38,182 bases of DNA from Candidatus Parcubacteria bacterium (GCA_019658995.1 JAIFWN010000004.1:1-38182), one strand, 5' to 3'; positions 19,344 to 25,914 are shown, numbered from the stretch's first letter. Made by a program: numbers and translations. Notes: generated by a model not told the origin, from the sequence alone.

Positions 19344-20665
19344 AAAGTCTTTAGGGAAGTGAAGGTTTTTCTTTCCAGATCAGCTTTTATCCGTGCGGGA
19401 TCTTTTATTTTCTTATTTGGATCATATACAAATATAAAAAGCGTCTCACAATCTTGAGATTCATTATAGTGATGAGTATCTACAATAAGTTGTGATGTTA
19501 ACTTAGAGTCTGTTAAATTTGAGCTAGCCATTTTAATTTCAATTACAATTTTTTGTGGTTTTAGAAGAAAATCCACCCTTGATGCCTTGCCCATGTATGA
19601 AGGCGTCCACTCTTCTTCATAAACTTGGTCAAAAAACAAATTCAAGAAAATTCTCATTAAATCCTGCACATCATATTCATCATTAATCTCAATTGAACCT
19701 CTATTGTCATGTCTCGGTTTAAGAGCTGCCACAGCACGAGAAAAATTAGAAGAAATATGTTTTAAAATTTCTATTCCGAGATCTGAACTATATGTCGAAG
19801 TTTTTCTCGAATTCAACGGGAATGAGAGTGCGCTCTCACTTCTGTTCTCCCGATCGTTTTCATCTCTCTTGTGACCAACTGTCGTTATACTCGAAATCGA
19901 TTTATCTAATATCCCTTTCGTCCATTCCACCGCCATTGAATTTTTGTATACATCACCTACTTTAAACGACTTTCCAGACATGACTTTGAAGATTTTTTTG
20001 ATATTTCTAAGTACTTCAGTTTTACTTTTAGTAAGCACCAGTAGTCCTTCAGGGAAATCGATACCAATCAATTGGCGCACCGCGGGATTACCCAGTAATC
20101 GATTGTCTAAGGTGGTAGAATCAACATTTGACCTTTTAATTCCATTTTGATCTGCGAAATCAAATACTTGAACAGGCTTTGATGGCTTTTTTCCTCCATG
20201 CTGGGATAGAAACCTTAATCGCTGTTCAGTATTCCAGGATAATACTCCCCTACCCTTATTTGCTCCAGTATGTTCAAGATTAATCCAATGGAAAGCATCC
20301 TTTGGATTTTTAAAAGACACTACATCAATTTCCTTTGGTACTTGTGACGGATATTTATCCCTTAGAGTTTTAAATTTTTCCCTGTATTTTTCATCCTGAA
20401 TTAGGTTAGGATTTGATAATAATTTTGCAGCAACAGTGCGGCGGTTACCTTCAAGCGCGAGATATTTTTTATTAACAGGTGTAACTATCAAGCGTTTAGT
20501 GGGATTAAAACCTCTTTGGACTATATCTTCAGCTAGATTCAGCAATTCTTTCCCCGACTTTTCAATCATCATGCCAATAGCTTCTTTTTCGTTTTTTACG
20601 CTAGTAAAACGAGGGTTTTCTGAGTTTGGAATTAACTCATTGATATTAATGGTCTTCTTGTCCAT
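19325..20665 (-). CDS. ParB/Srx-like N-terminal domain protein with a C-terminal PD-(D/E)xK-like nuclease motif (putative restriction/defence nuclease)
   Basis: 446 aa. The N-terminus has YLALEGNRRTVAAKLL, which resembles ParB box II GERRxRA. The C-terminus has EEEWTPSYMGKASRVDFLLKPQKIVIEIK, a spaced E..D..ExK pattern (D365, E376, K378). Confidence 0.6.
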   Translation of the reverse strand: MDKKTININELIPNSENPRFTSVKNEKEAIGMMIEKSGKELLNLAEDIVQRGFNPTKRLIVTPVNKKYLALEGNRRTVAAKLLSNPNLIQDEKYREKFKTLRDKYPSQVPKEIDVVSFKNPKDAFHWINLEHTGANKGRGVLSWNTEQRLRFLSQHGGKKPSKPVQVFDFADQNGIKRSNVDSTTLDNRLLGNPAVRQLIGIDFPEGLLVLTKSKTEVLRNIKKIFKVMSGKSFKVGDVYKNSMAVEWTKGILDKSISSITTVGHKRDENDRENRSESALSFPLNSRKTSTYSSDLGIEILKHISSNFSRAVAALKPRHDNRGSIEINDEYDVQDLMRIFLNLFFDQVYEEEWTPSYMGKASRVDFLLKPQKIVIEIKMASSNLTDSKLTSQLIVDTHHYNESQDCETLFIFVYDPNKKIKDPARIKADLERKTFTSLKTFCFIES

Positions 20666-20733
20666 GGACTCTAGGGTACTCCTGTCGAGATCAATAGGAA
20701 AGGGCTAAGAAATATGCTAAATTTGGCCCACGA

Positions 20734-20822
20734 GGAGACGTGGCTGAGTGGTCGAAAGCGCCTCACTGCTAACGAGGTAGGGTCCTTAAAAGCCCTCCAG
20801 GGTTCGAATCCCTGCGTCTCCG
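20734..20822 (+). tRNA. tRNA-Ser (anticodon GCU), CCA not encoded
   Basis: Folded by hand. The acceptor GGAGACG pairs with CGTCTCC. The anticodon loop is CT-GCT-AA. It has a long variable arm and a T-arm CAGGG-TTCGAAT-CCCTG. The discriminator is G and is followed by CA. Confidence 0.85.
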
Positions 20823-20823
20823 C

Positions 20824-21318
20824 ATGTTAAAACCTAATGAGTTTGAAAAAGTTGTAGACGATCTTTTATTCACCCATAGTCAACTACTGTTAAATGGATA
20901 CCTGCATAAAAGAGTAACCAGTGAGGCTTACGGCAAAAATATTTATACATGGAATACGTTATTGTTGAGTTTAGAAAAAGACGTCATTCTTGGACTAGAT
21001 AAGATATTGGATAAGAAATTCTTTGGCGGACTTAATTCTGATGAACTTAGGGTAATAGGTACAAAAATCTCCAAAGTCCGAAATCATTTTGCACATATTA
21101 ACCTCAATGAAATAATTCACGAAGAGGCTTTCTTTAAAGCAAACGGGCTAACTGGATCCGAAATAATTAAGATGATAGATGCATTAAAAAATCTATTTAT
21201 ACAAAATGAAAAGAATGTCGGGTCAAAAATAAATGTCCAGGAATTGTTCAATGAAACAACAAGAAATATTATGAATGACTTAGATAGTTGGCTAAAATCA
21301 TTTAAAACATCCCTCTGA
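20824..21318 (+). CDS. HEPN-like (Abi-type) protein with an Rx4H motif
   Basis: The 164-aa ORF stays open in about one-third-GC DNA, which is unlikely by chance. The motif KISKVRNHFAHIN contains R86-x4-H91 (nt 21079-21096). The ATG begins 1 nt after the tRNA-Ser discriminator base. Confidence 0.6.
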   Translation: MLKPNEFEKVVDDLLFTHSQLLLNGYLHKRVTSEAYGKNIYTWNTLLLSLEKDVILGLDKILDKKFFGGLNSDELRVIGTKISKVRNHFAHINLNEIIHEEAFFKANGLTGSEIIKMIDALKNLFIQNEKNVGSKINVQELFNETTRNIMNDLDSWLKSFKTSL

Positions 21319-21524
21319 TGAAGAAGCATACTCATTACCATAAGGACGGGTCGGTGTGGGCTAAAGGGTTTATGACGGGAAGCAAGATGGACGGTAAGTG
21401 GACGTGGTTTCGGAAGGATGGCTCCAAGATGCGCTCAGGGTCCTTCAAGCTCGGCATGCAAGTTGGCGAGTGGGTTACTTATGACAAGCACGGCAAAGTG
21501 GTCAAAAAGACTCAGATGAAGTAG
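21318..21524 (+). CDS. MORN-repeat small protein (YwqK-family antitoxin-like)
   Basis: 68 aa with repeated G-x-W-x-x-(F/Y)-x-x-(D/N)-G units (DGSVWAKGFMTGSKMDGKWTWFRKDGSKMRSGSFKLGMQVGEWVTYDKHGK). The ATG overlaps the upstream stop (TGATG). Confidence 0.65.
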   Translation: MKKHTHYHKDGSVWAKGFMTGSKMDGKWTWFRKDGSKMRSGSFKLGMQVGEWVTYDKHGKVVKKTQMK

Positions 21525-21539
21525 TGATAAACTATAGAT

Positions 21540-21758
21540 ATGCATGACGAAACAAAAATGAAGTGGGAGGAGTGCCGGAGGTGGGGACGACGCGGCGGCA
21601 AGCATGGCGGCAATGCGGTTTACTTCTTTGGTTTTATAGGAGCCGCTATCTACTACATCCAGAATGCCGCTACCTTTGGCGCCGGAGTGCTTGGCGTGCT
21701 TAAGGCTATAGTCTGGCCAGCCATCGTGGTCTACAAATGGCTCGGACTCCTGGTCTAA
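21540..21758 (+). CDS. Small membrane protein (hypothetical)
   Basis: 72 aa with a basic N-terminus followed by two hydrophobic helices. Confidence 0.5.
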   Translation: MHDETKMKWEECRRWGRRGGKHGGNAVYFFGFIGAAIYYIQNAATFGAGVLGVLKAIVWPAIVVYKWLGLLV

Positions 21759-21771
21759 GCTGACAGCTATA

Positions 21772-21993
21772 TTAGCGATGTGGGCACCCAGCCCAGCAGC
21801 AGGGGCGACGCATGCCGCCGCTAAGTTTGGAGAGAGCTTTTTTGATACGAATATCCCTGGTCTCTGCCTTTTTGCCGGAGGTGACCCAGCAGATCCATTC
21901 ATTGCGCGCTAAGGGTGTGATGTCATCCCAAATAGCTCTCGCCTGTCTCGAAGAGTTGATGGCTTTGCGCAGATCCGGAGGCATTTTGTGCAT
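21772..21993 (-). CDS. YdeI/OmpD-associated family-like small protein
   Basis: 73 aa. PPDLRKAINSSRQARAIWDDITPLARNEWICWVTSGKKAETRDIRIKKALSKL matches my recollection of the family pattern. Confidence 0.55.
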   Translation of the reverse strand: MHKMPPDLRKAINSSRQARAIWDDITPLARNEWICWVTSGKKAETRDIRIKKALSKLSGGMRRPCCWAGCPHR

Positions 21994-22041
21994 AAAGCTA
22001 TTTTACCAATCTTTGGGGCAAATGTCGGATATACTTGAGGC

Positions 22042-22428
22042 ATGGAAACATCAATCTTCATCGCCAAGATCATGGGACTCTTCGGAGCTATTAGCACCCT
22101 TGCCATAATGCTTAGCTACCGGAAGCACACACTTCGTGAGCTTGAGATGGCAGAGAGTGTTCCCTCGGTGGTAGCTTCTGGCTACTTCATCCTTATGCTC
22201 GGAGTGCTCCTGGTAGTGAGTCATAACATCTGGGTCAAAGACTGGCGCGTAGTCGTCACCATCCTCTCCTGGTCGACCTTGGCCAAGGGTGTGCTCCGCA
22301 TTGCCTTCCCCGACTGGGTGCGGAAGCTCGTGGAGAGGAAGCAACAGAATGCCAAATTCATCTTCGCCGAACTCGCCGTGTTCCTGATCTCGCTCTATCT
22401 CCTCTACTACGGATATATAGTCTATTAA
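22042..22428 (+). CDS. Hypothetical integral membrane protein
   Basis: 128 aa with about four hydrophobic helices. No family was recognised. Confidence 0.55.
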   Translation: METSIFIAKIMGLFGAISTLAIMLSYRKHTLRELEMAESVPSVVASGYFILMLGVLLVVSHNIWVKDWRVVVTILSWSTLAKGVLRIAFPDWVRKLVERKQQNAKFIFAELAVFLISLYLLYYGYIVY

Positions 22429-22495
22429 GAAATCCTCTGTCATTGCCTTTCGGATCTGAAAGGTCTAGAGTTTCTCCAGATCAAAAGGAGGCAAA

Positions 22496-22882
22496 ATGCC
22501 CGACTCTATGAAGGCTACCAACTGGACCGCGCTCGAAGAGAGAATCAGGATAAGAGTCGAAGAACTCTGCAAGGACAGGCCAAAACCCATGCTCGTGAGC
22601 AATGTCCGACTTGCTATTGGCCCGGATCTGGTGCCGGACGAGTGTCCGAGGACTTCTCTAAACCATGAGAGTCATCTGACTTATCTGGTTTCCAAGAGTT
22701 TTGACTACACGGAAGCCTGGATATGCGACGAGAACATAAGCATCGAGATCTTGCCGGAGGAGACTCCGAATCGCGACGCTTTCGACCTCTCGCTCACCTG
22801 GAATGTGATCATCCCCGAGTACCTGGTGCGCGATTTGCCACAGCACTTCGCCGACAAGATCCGCCCGCCATCGCGCTCATAG
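22496..22882 (+). CDS. Hypothetical protein, paralog of 24718..25173
   Basis: It has a strong SD (AAAGGAGGcaaaATG) and an intrinsic terminator at its 3' end. It shares W..L...I..R.E...(D/E)RP ... LVP ... SF..AW.I.D..(I/V).(I/V).I.E...N.F.L.LTWN..(I/V)P with the second copy. Confidence 0.65.
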   Translation: MPDSMKATNWTALEERIRIRVEELCKDRPKPMLVSNVRLAIGPDLVPDECPRTSLNHESHLTYLVSKSFDYTEAWICDENISIEILPEETPNRDAFDLSLTWNVIIPEYLVRDLPQHFADKIRPPSRS

Positions 22883-22894
22883 GCGGGTTTTTTA
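22864..22894 (+). terminator. Rho-independent terminator
   Basis: The stem cccgcc (22864-22869) pairs with ggcggg (22882-22887) and is followed by ttttttattttt. The stop codon lies in the loop/stem junction. Confidence 0.6.
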
Positions 22895-23245
22895 TTTTTC
22901 CAGACGATGCAGGACTGCGTGGACTATGGAGAGCACCAGACCGAAGGCCAGAGCCCAGAGGAAGGAGTCCACTGAAAACCCTTCGACAAGCCTGTCAGCA
23001 AGGAGTATTAGCAGAGCATTAATGACGATAGTGAAGAGGCCCAGCGTCATTATTGAGAGCGGCAAGGTCAGGAGCGTGAGGATGGGCTTGACGAACATAT
23101 TGATAGCCGCAAGAACCACGGCCAGAATCACATAGGTCTGTACTCCCCCACTCACATGTACGCCGGGCAGGAGTTTGACGGCTATGGCTACCGCAAGAGC
23201 CGAAACAACTAAACGAATTATGATTTTCATACGTCTATTGTACAA
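22892..23245 (-). CDS. Phage-holin-4_2 / DUF360 (YvlD-like) membrane protein
   Basis: LLPGVHVSGG...AAINMFVKPILTLLTLPLSIMTLGLFTIVINALLILLADRLVEGF is the typical family pattern. The start is probably the internal ATG at 23230 (MKIIIRL). Confidence 0.7.
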   Translation of the reverse strand: MYNRRMKIIIRLVVSALAVAIAVKLLPGVHVSGGVQTYVILAVVLAAINMFVKPILTLLTLPLSIMTLGLFTIVINALLILLADRLVEGFSVDSFLWALAFGLVLSIVHAVLHRLEK

Positions 23246-23275
23246 TAAACATCTAATAGTATTAACTAATCATCA

Positions 23276-23572
23276 ATGAAAAATCCTTATCTCAATGCCC
23301 TCTCCGCCGCCGCCTATATAGCAGTGGTCGGCACCTTTCTACACTACGTAGAGCAAGGCCACGCCAATACCCCCGATAAGTGGTGGAGTGGTATAGCCTT
23401 CATTTCGCTCGTCACTCTCTCCGTAGCTATGATGGGCTACTTCTTCGCCTTCAAACCTCTGCAGATGTACCTTGATGGGGAGAGGAGGGCCGCCGTACAG
23501 TTCTTTGTTAAGACCTTGGGCACCTTCGCCGTCTTCACTATCACACTTCTATTAATAGTCTTTCTAAATTAA
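23276..23572 (+). CDS. Hypothetical membrane protein
   Basis: 98 aa with three hydrophobic helices. Confidence 0.5.
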   Translation: MKNPYLNALSAAAYIAVVGTFLHYVEQGHANTPDKWWSGIAFISLVTLSVAMMGYFFAFKPLQMYLDGERRAAVQFFVKTLGTFAVFTITLLLIVFLN

Positions 23573-23582
23573 CTCTAACGGG

Positions 23583-23885
23583 ATGATCATCGTACAAGAC
23601 ACATTTGTTTGTAAGCCGGGGAACGCTTCAAAGTTAGCAAAACTCTTCAGGGAGTGGGCAGACCTCCGACCCAAGGGGAGAAACACGGCTATCCTCACTG
23701 ATATGACCGGGCAGTTCCACCGCCTGATAGTCCGTGGCGAATGGGAGAGCCTCGCCGCTTATGAGGAAGAAATAAAGAATATGGAGAAGAACATGAGCTC
23801 TGAAGAGAAGGCTATGATGGAGAAGTTCAAGGATATGAACGAGATGTACGTCAGCGGCTCGCGCGAGATTTATAAAGTCTGGTAA
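23583..23885 (+). CDS. Hypothetical cytoplasmic protein
   Basis: 100-aa ORF with protein-like composition. No family was recognised. Confidence 0.5.
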   Translation: MIIVQDTFVCKPGNASKLAKLFREWADLRPKGRNTAILTDMTGQFHRLIVRGEWESLAAYEEEIKNMEKNMSSEEKAMMEKFKDMNEMYVSGSREIYKVW

Positions 23886-24159
23886 CTCCGGCAACTATGA
23901 GTGCGGCCGCCACTCCGAGAAACAAAAGATTTATGGAAGCCGCCCCGCCGGCGCCGGTGTTGGGCACGCCCGGTACATACGTTGTTGACGCTCCCAGCAC
24001 TGCAGCCTGGCTCTGATACGGATCCTGATACGTATTATATGTACTCATCCCTGCCGTGTTCGCATTGTAAGTAGGTATCCCCTGCTCTGTCGGGATACTT
24101 ACGCCGGGAATACCGTAGATGAGTCCGGTTATGCCTTCTGCCAAGATTACCTGTGACAT
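23851..24159 (-). CDS. Hypothetical protein with a C-terminal sorting-signal-like tail (VPNTG + hydrophobic helix + basic end)
   Basis: The 102-aa ORF ends ...PGVPNTGAGGAASINLLFLGVAAALIVAGVTRLYKSRASR. It has no convincing N-terminal signal peptide. It overlaps the convergent neighbour by 35 nt. Confidence 0.4.
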   Translation of the reverse strand: MSQVILAEGITGLIYGIPGVSIPTEQGIPTYNANTAGMSTYNTYQDPYQSQAAVLGASTTYVPGVPNTGAGGAASINLLFLGVAAALIVAGVTRLYKSRASR

Positions 24160-24213
24160 ATTACAGGTAACGGTCAGGCGGAGGGTATCTTACTTGTCTA
24201 AATTTCCTTATTT

Positions 24214-24603
24214 CTAATAACCCATGAGTGAGTATCCCGCCGGACCGTAAGCGGTGATGTAGACAAGGACTACGAAGAGCACCAGGTCATATTCCCAGCC
24301 GGTTGCGGTCTGGGTGTAGAAGGGTATCTTCCACTTGGCAATCTTGGTCCAGGTGGCCCCGATCATGACAAGCGCGAGGAGGAGCGCCGCTACCTGCATA
24401 TAAACGCCGAGAAGTATCCCCAGTCCGCCGAGAGCCTCGACGAGACCAAGAACAACTATCGCCCATGCCGGCCAGCCCATGCCTTGTGCCATACCATGAG
24501 GTTTCCTGATCTTAGGCAAACCGTGATAAACGAAGATAATACCCACTACAACCCTGAGTAGTAGCATGGCTTCGTCCTGATAATTCATTATTGCATCAAG
24601 CAT
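24214..24603 (-). CDS. DoxX family membrane protein
   Basis: 129 aa. LLLRVVVGIIFVYHGLPKI and LVEALGGLGILLGV are typical of DoxX. Confidence 0.75.
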   Translation of the reverse strand: MLDAIMNYQDEAMLLLRVVVGIIFVYHGLPKIRKPHGMAQGMGWPAWAIVVLGLVEALGGLGILLGVYMQVAALLLALVMIGATWTKIAKWKIPFYTQTATGWEYDLVLFVVLVYITAYGPAGYSLMGY

Positions 24604-24717
24604 AATTTGCGATTAATTCTAATCCCTACATTATAACTCCAATAACCAGGAAATTTGCAAACAGAGCCGCAGAAGCGTAAAGTAGCTCGTCAGACCCTGC
24701 AACCGAGCGGAGGACGG

Positions 24718-25173
24718 ATGACCACGACAGCAACTGGTTCCCCTGGTGATGTAATGACTGCTCTAACTCCCAGCCGTTCCAGATCCTGGGCTGGTCTCAT
24801 GACTCAGATCGAGGAGAGGGCGGAGAAGTATGCGGAAGAACGCCCGCGTCATCGTTATGCCACCTGCGTGTGGCTATGTGCCACAAGAAAGCTCGTTCCA
24901 TCCGGATCGTACTCCGAAGAGGAAGCCAAGGAAATCCTCGAGAGAGCGGTACGGCAGAGCTTCAAGGCCTGGCGGATCGACATCTGCGACGACAAGGTCG
25001 AGGTCAGGATCATGGAAACACAGAATCCCTTCTCTCTTGAGCTGACATGGAACAGTCCCGTACCGGACAGAGTCTGCAATGTCTTGCGGGCCGACCTCGA
25101 GAGCATCGCCTCAGCGAGTGAGTCCAGCGGCAGGCAAGCTCGCAGTCTCTTATCAAGACTCAACGAGAAGTAG
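24718..25173 (+). CDS. Hypothetical protein, paralog of 22496..22882
   Basis: I prefer the ATG at 24718, preceded by GGAGGA, over the TTG at 24655 used in the track. The C-terminal half aligns with the 22496 ORF (FSLELTWNSPVP against FDLSLTWNVIIP). A terminator follows. Confidence 0.6.
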   Translation: MTTTATGSPGDVMTALTPSRSRSWAGLMTQIEERAEKYAEERPRHRYATCVWLCATRKLVPSGSYSEEEAKEILERAVRQSFKAWRIDICDDKVEVRIMETQNPFSLELTWNSPVPDRVCNVLRADLESIASASESSGRQARSLLSRLNEK

Positions 25174-25196
25174 GCGCACGCAGGTGCGCCTTTTTT
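25173..25196 (+). terminator. Rho-independent terminator
   Basis: The structure is ggcgcac-gcag-gtgcgcc followed by tttttt. Confidence 0.75.
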
Positions 25197-25201
25197 ATTT
25201 C

Positions 25202-25229
25202 TTGCATATTTACTGCAGAGGTACATAAT
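25202..25229 (+). promoter_or_regulatory. Sigma-70-like promoter candidate for the ECF sigma gene
   Basis: TTGCAT (25202-25207), a 16-nt spacer and CATAAT (25224-25229). It lies about 35 nt upstream of the start codon. Confidence 0.4.
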
Positions 25230-25263
25230 GGCCTGAGACTGTTTTTTCTTCAGCGGAGGCAAA

Positions 25264-25914
25264 ATGTTGGGCTCTAAACTGGTTTACGAGAGCACTGCAC
25301 CGCCCGCACAGAGAGGAGGGGTCTATTTCCAGGACAAGGATGATTCGGCCGTGATCACGGAGCATCTCTCGGGCAACGAATCCGCTTTTACCGAGATCTG
25401 CGAAAGGTACCAGACGCGGCTTCTCAACTTCATCTACCGGACAATCGGAGATCGTGACAGGGCCGAAGATCTTGTCCAGGAAGTCTTCCTCCGAGTTTGG
25501 AAGCATGCCCATCGCTTCGACCGATCGAAAAAGTTCTCGACCTGGATCTACACGATCGCCAGCAATCTCGCCAAGAACGAGCTCCGCGACAGGTCTCGGA
25601 GTCCGCTGGTCCTCTTCCAAGCCTTGCGCGTGGAACATGGGGACAACGATGGTGGAGAGCTCCCCTTGCAGTTCGAGGATAAGATGTCGCGTCCCGACGA
25701 TCTCTTCCACAAGCGGCAATTGCGCGAGCTGGTCGAAGAAACACTGTTAAAACTGACTGAGGATCACCGGCAAACCTTCGTCCTTCGGGAGATCGAGGGC
25801 AAGAGCTACAATGAGATCGCAGAGATAAGCGGCTGTACCCTCGGTACCATGAAAAGCCGCTTGAACCGCGCTCGTACCGCCTTCGCCGCGATCATCGAGC
25901 CATACATCGACTGA
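25264..25914 (+). CDS. ECF-type RNA polymerase sigma-70 family factor
   Basis: Region 2 is AEDLVQEVFLRVWKHAHRFD...FSTWIYTIASNLAKN. Region 4 is SYNEIAEISGCTLGTMKSRLNRAR. Confidence 0.85.
   Translation: MLGSKLVYESTAPPAQRGGVYFQDKDDSAVITEHLSGNESAFTEICERYQTRLLNFIYRTIGDRDRAEDLVQEVFLRVWKHAHRFDRSKKFSTWIYTIASNLAKNELRDRSRSPLVLFQALRVEHGDNDGGELPLQFEDKMSRPDDLFHKRQLRELVEETLLKLTEDHRQTFVLREIEGKSYNEIAEISGCTLGTMKSRLNRARTAFAAIIEPYID

Larger units (their letters stand above)
18501..21318. other. AT-rich accessory islet (defence-type gene content, no mobility genes seen)
   Basis: I counted 60-nt samples by hand. G+C is about 32 percent at 18541-18600 and about 53 percent at 18121-18180. The edges coincide with the stop codons of the MTase and the HEPN-like ORF. 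Confidence 0.7.

Noticed and set aside
18501-20665. GATC depletion as a clue to the specificity of the Dam-like MTase
   Set aside because: I found seven GATC sites by eye in this ~2.2-kb AT-rich segment. That is roughly what its base composition predicts, so it gives no avoidance signal and no inference about the target site.
18097-21524. att-type direct repeat (a copy of the tRNA-Ser 3' end) at the islet borders
   Set aside because: I looked for fragments of GGTTCGAATCCCTGCGTCTCC near 18100-18500 and 21300-21550 and found none. The only 10-11-nt match (gaatccctgc near 10430) lies inside pilT and is most likely chance.
21435-21902. 155-aa minus-strand ORF
   Set aside because: It overlaps three better-supported genes (the MORN gene, the 72-aa membrane protein and the YdeI-like gene). 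Its Ala/Pro/Gly-rich composition is typical of antisense frames.
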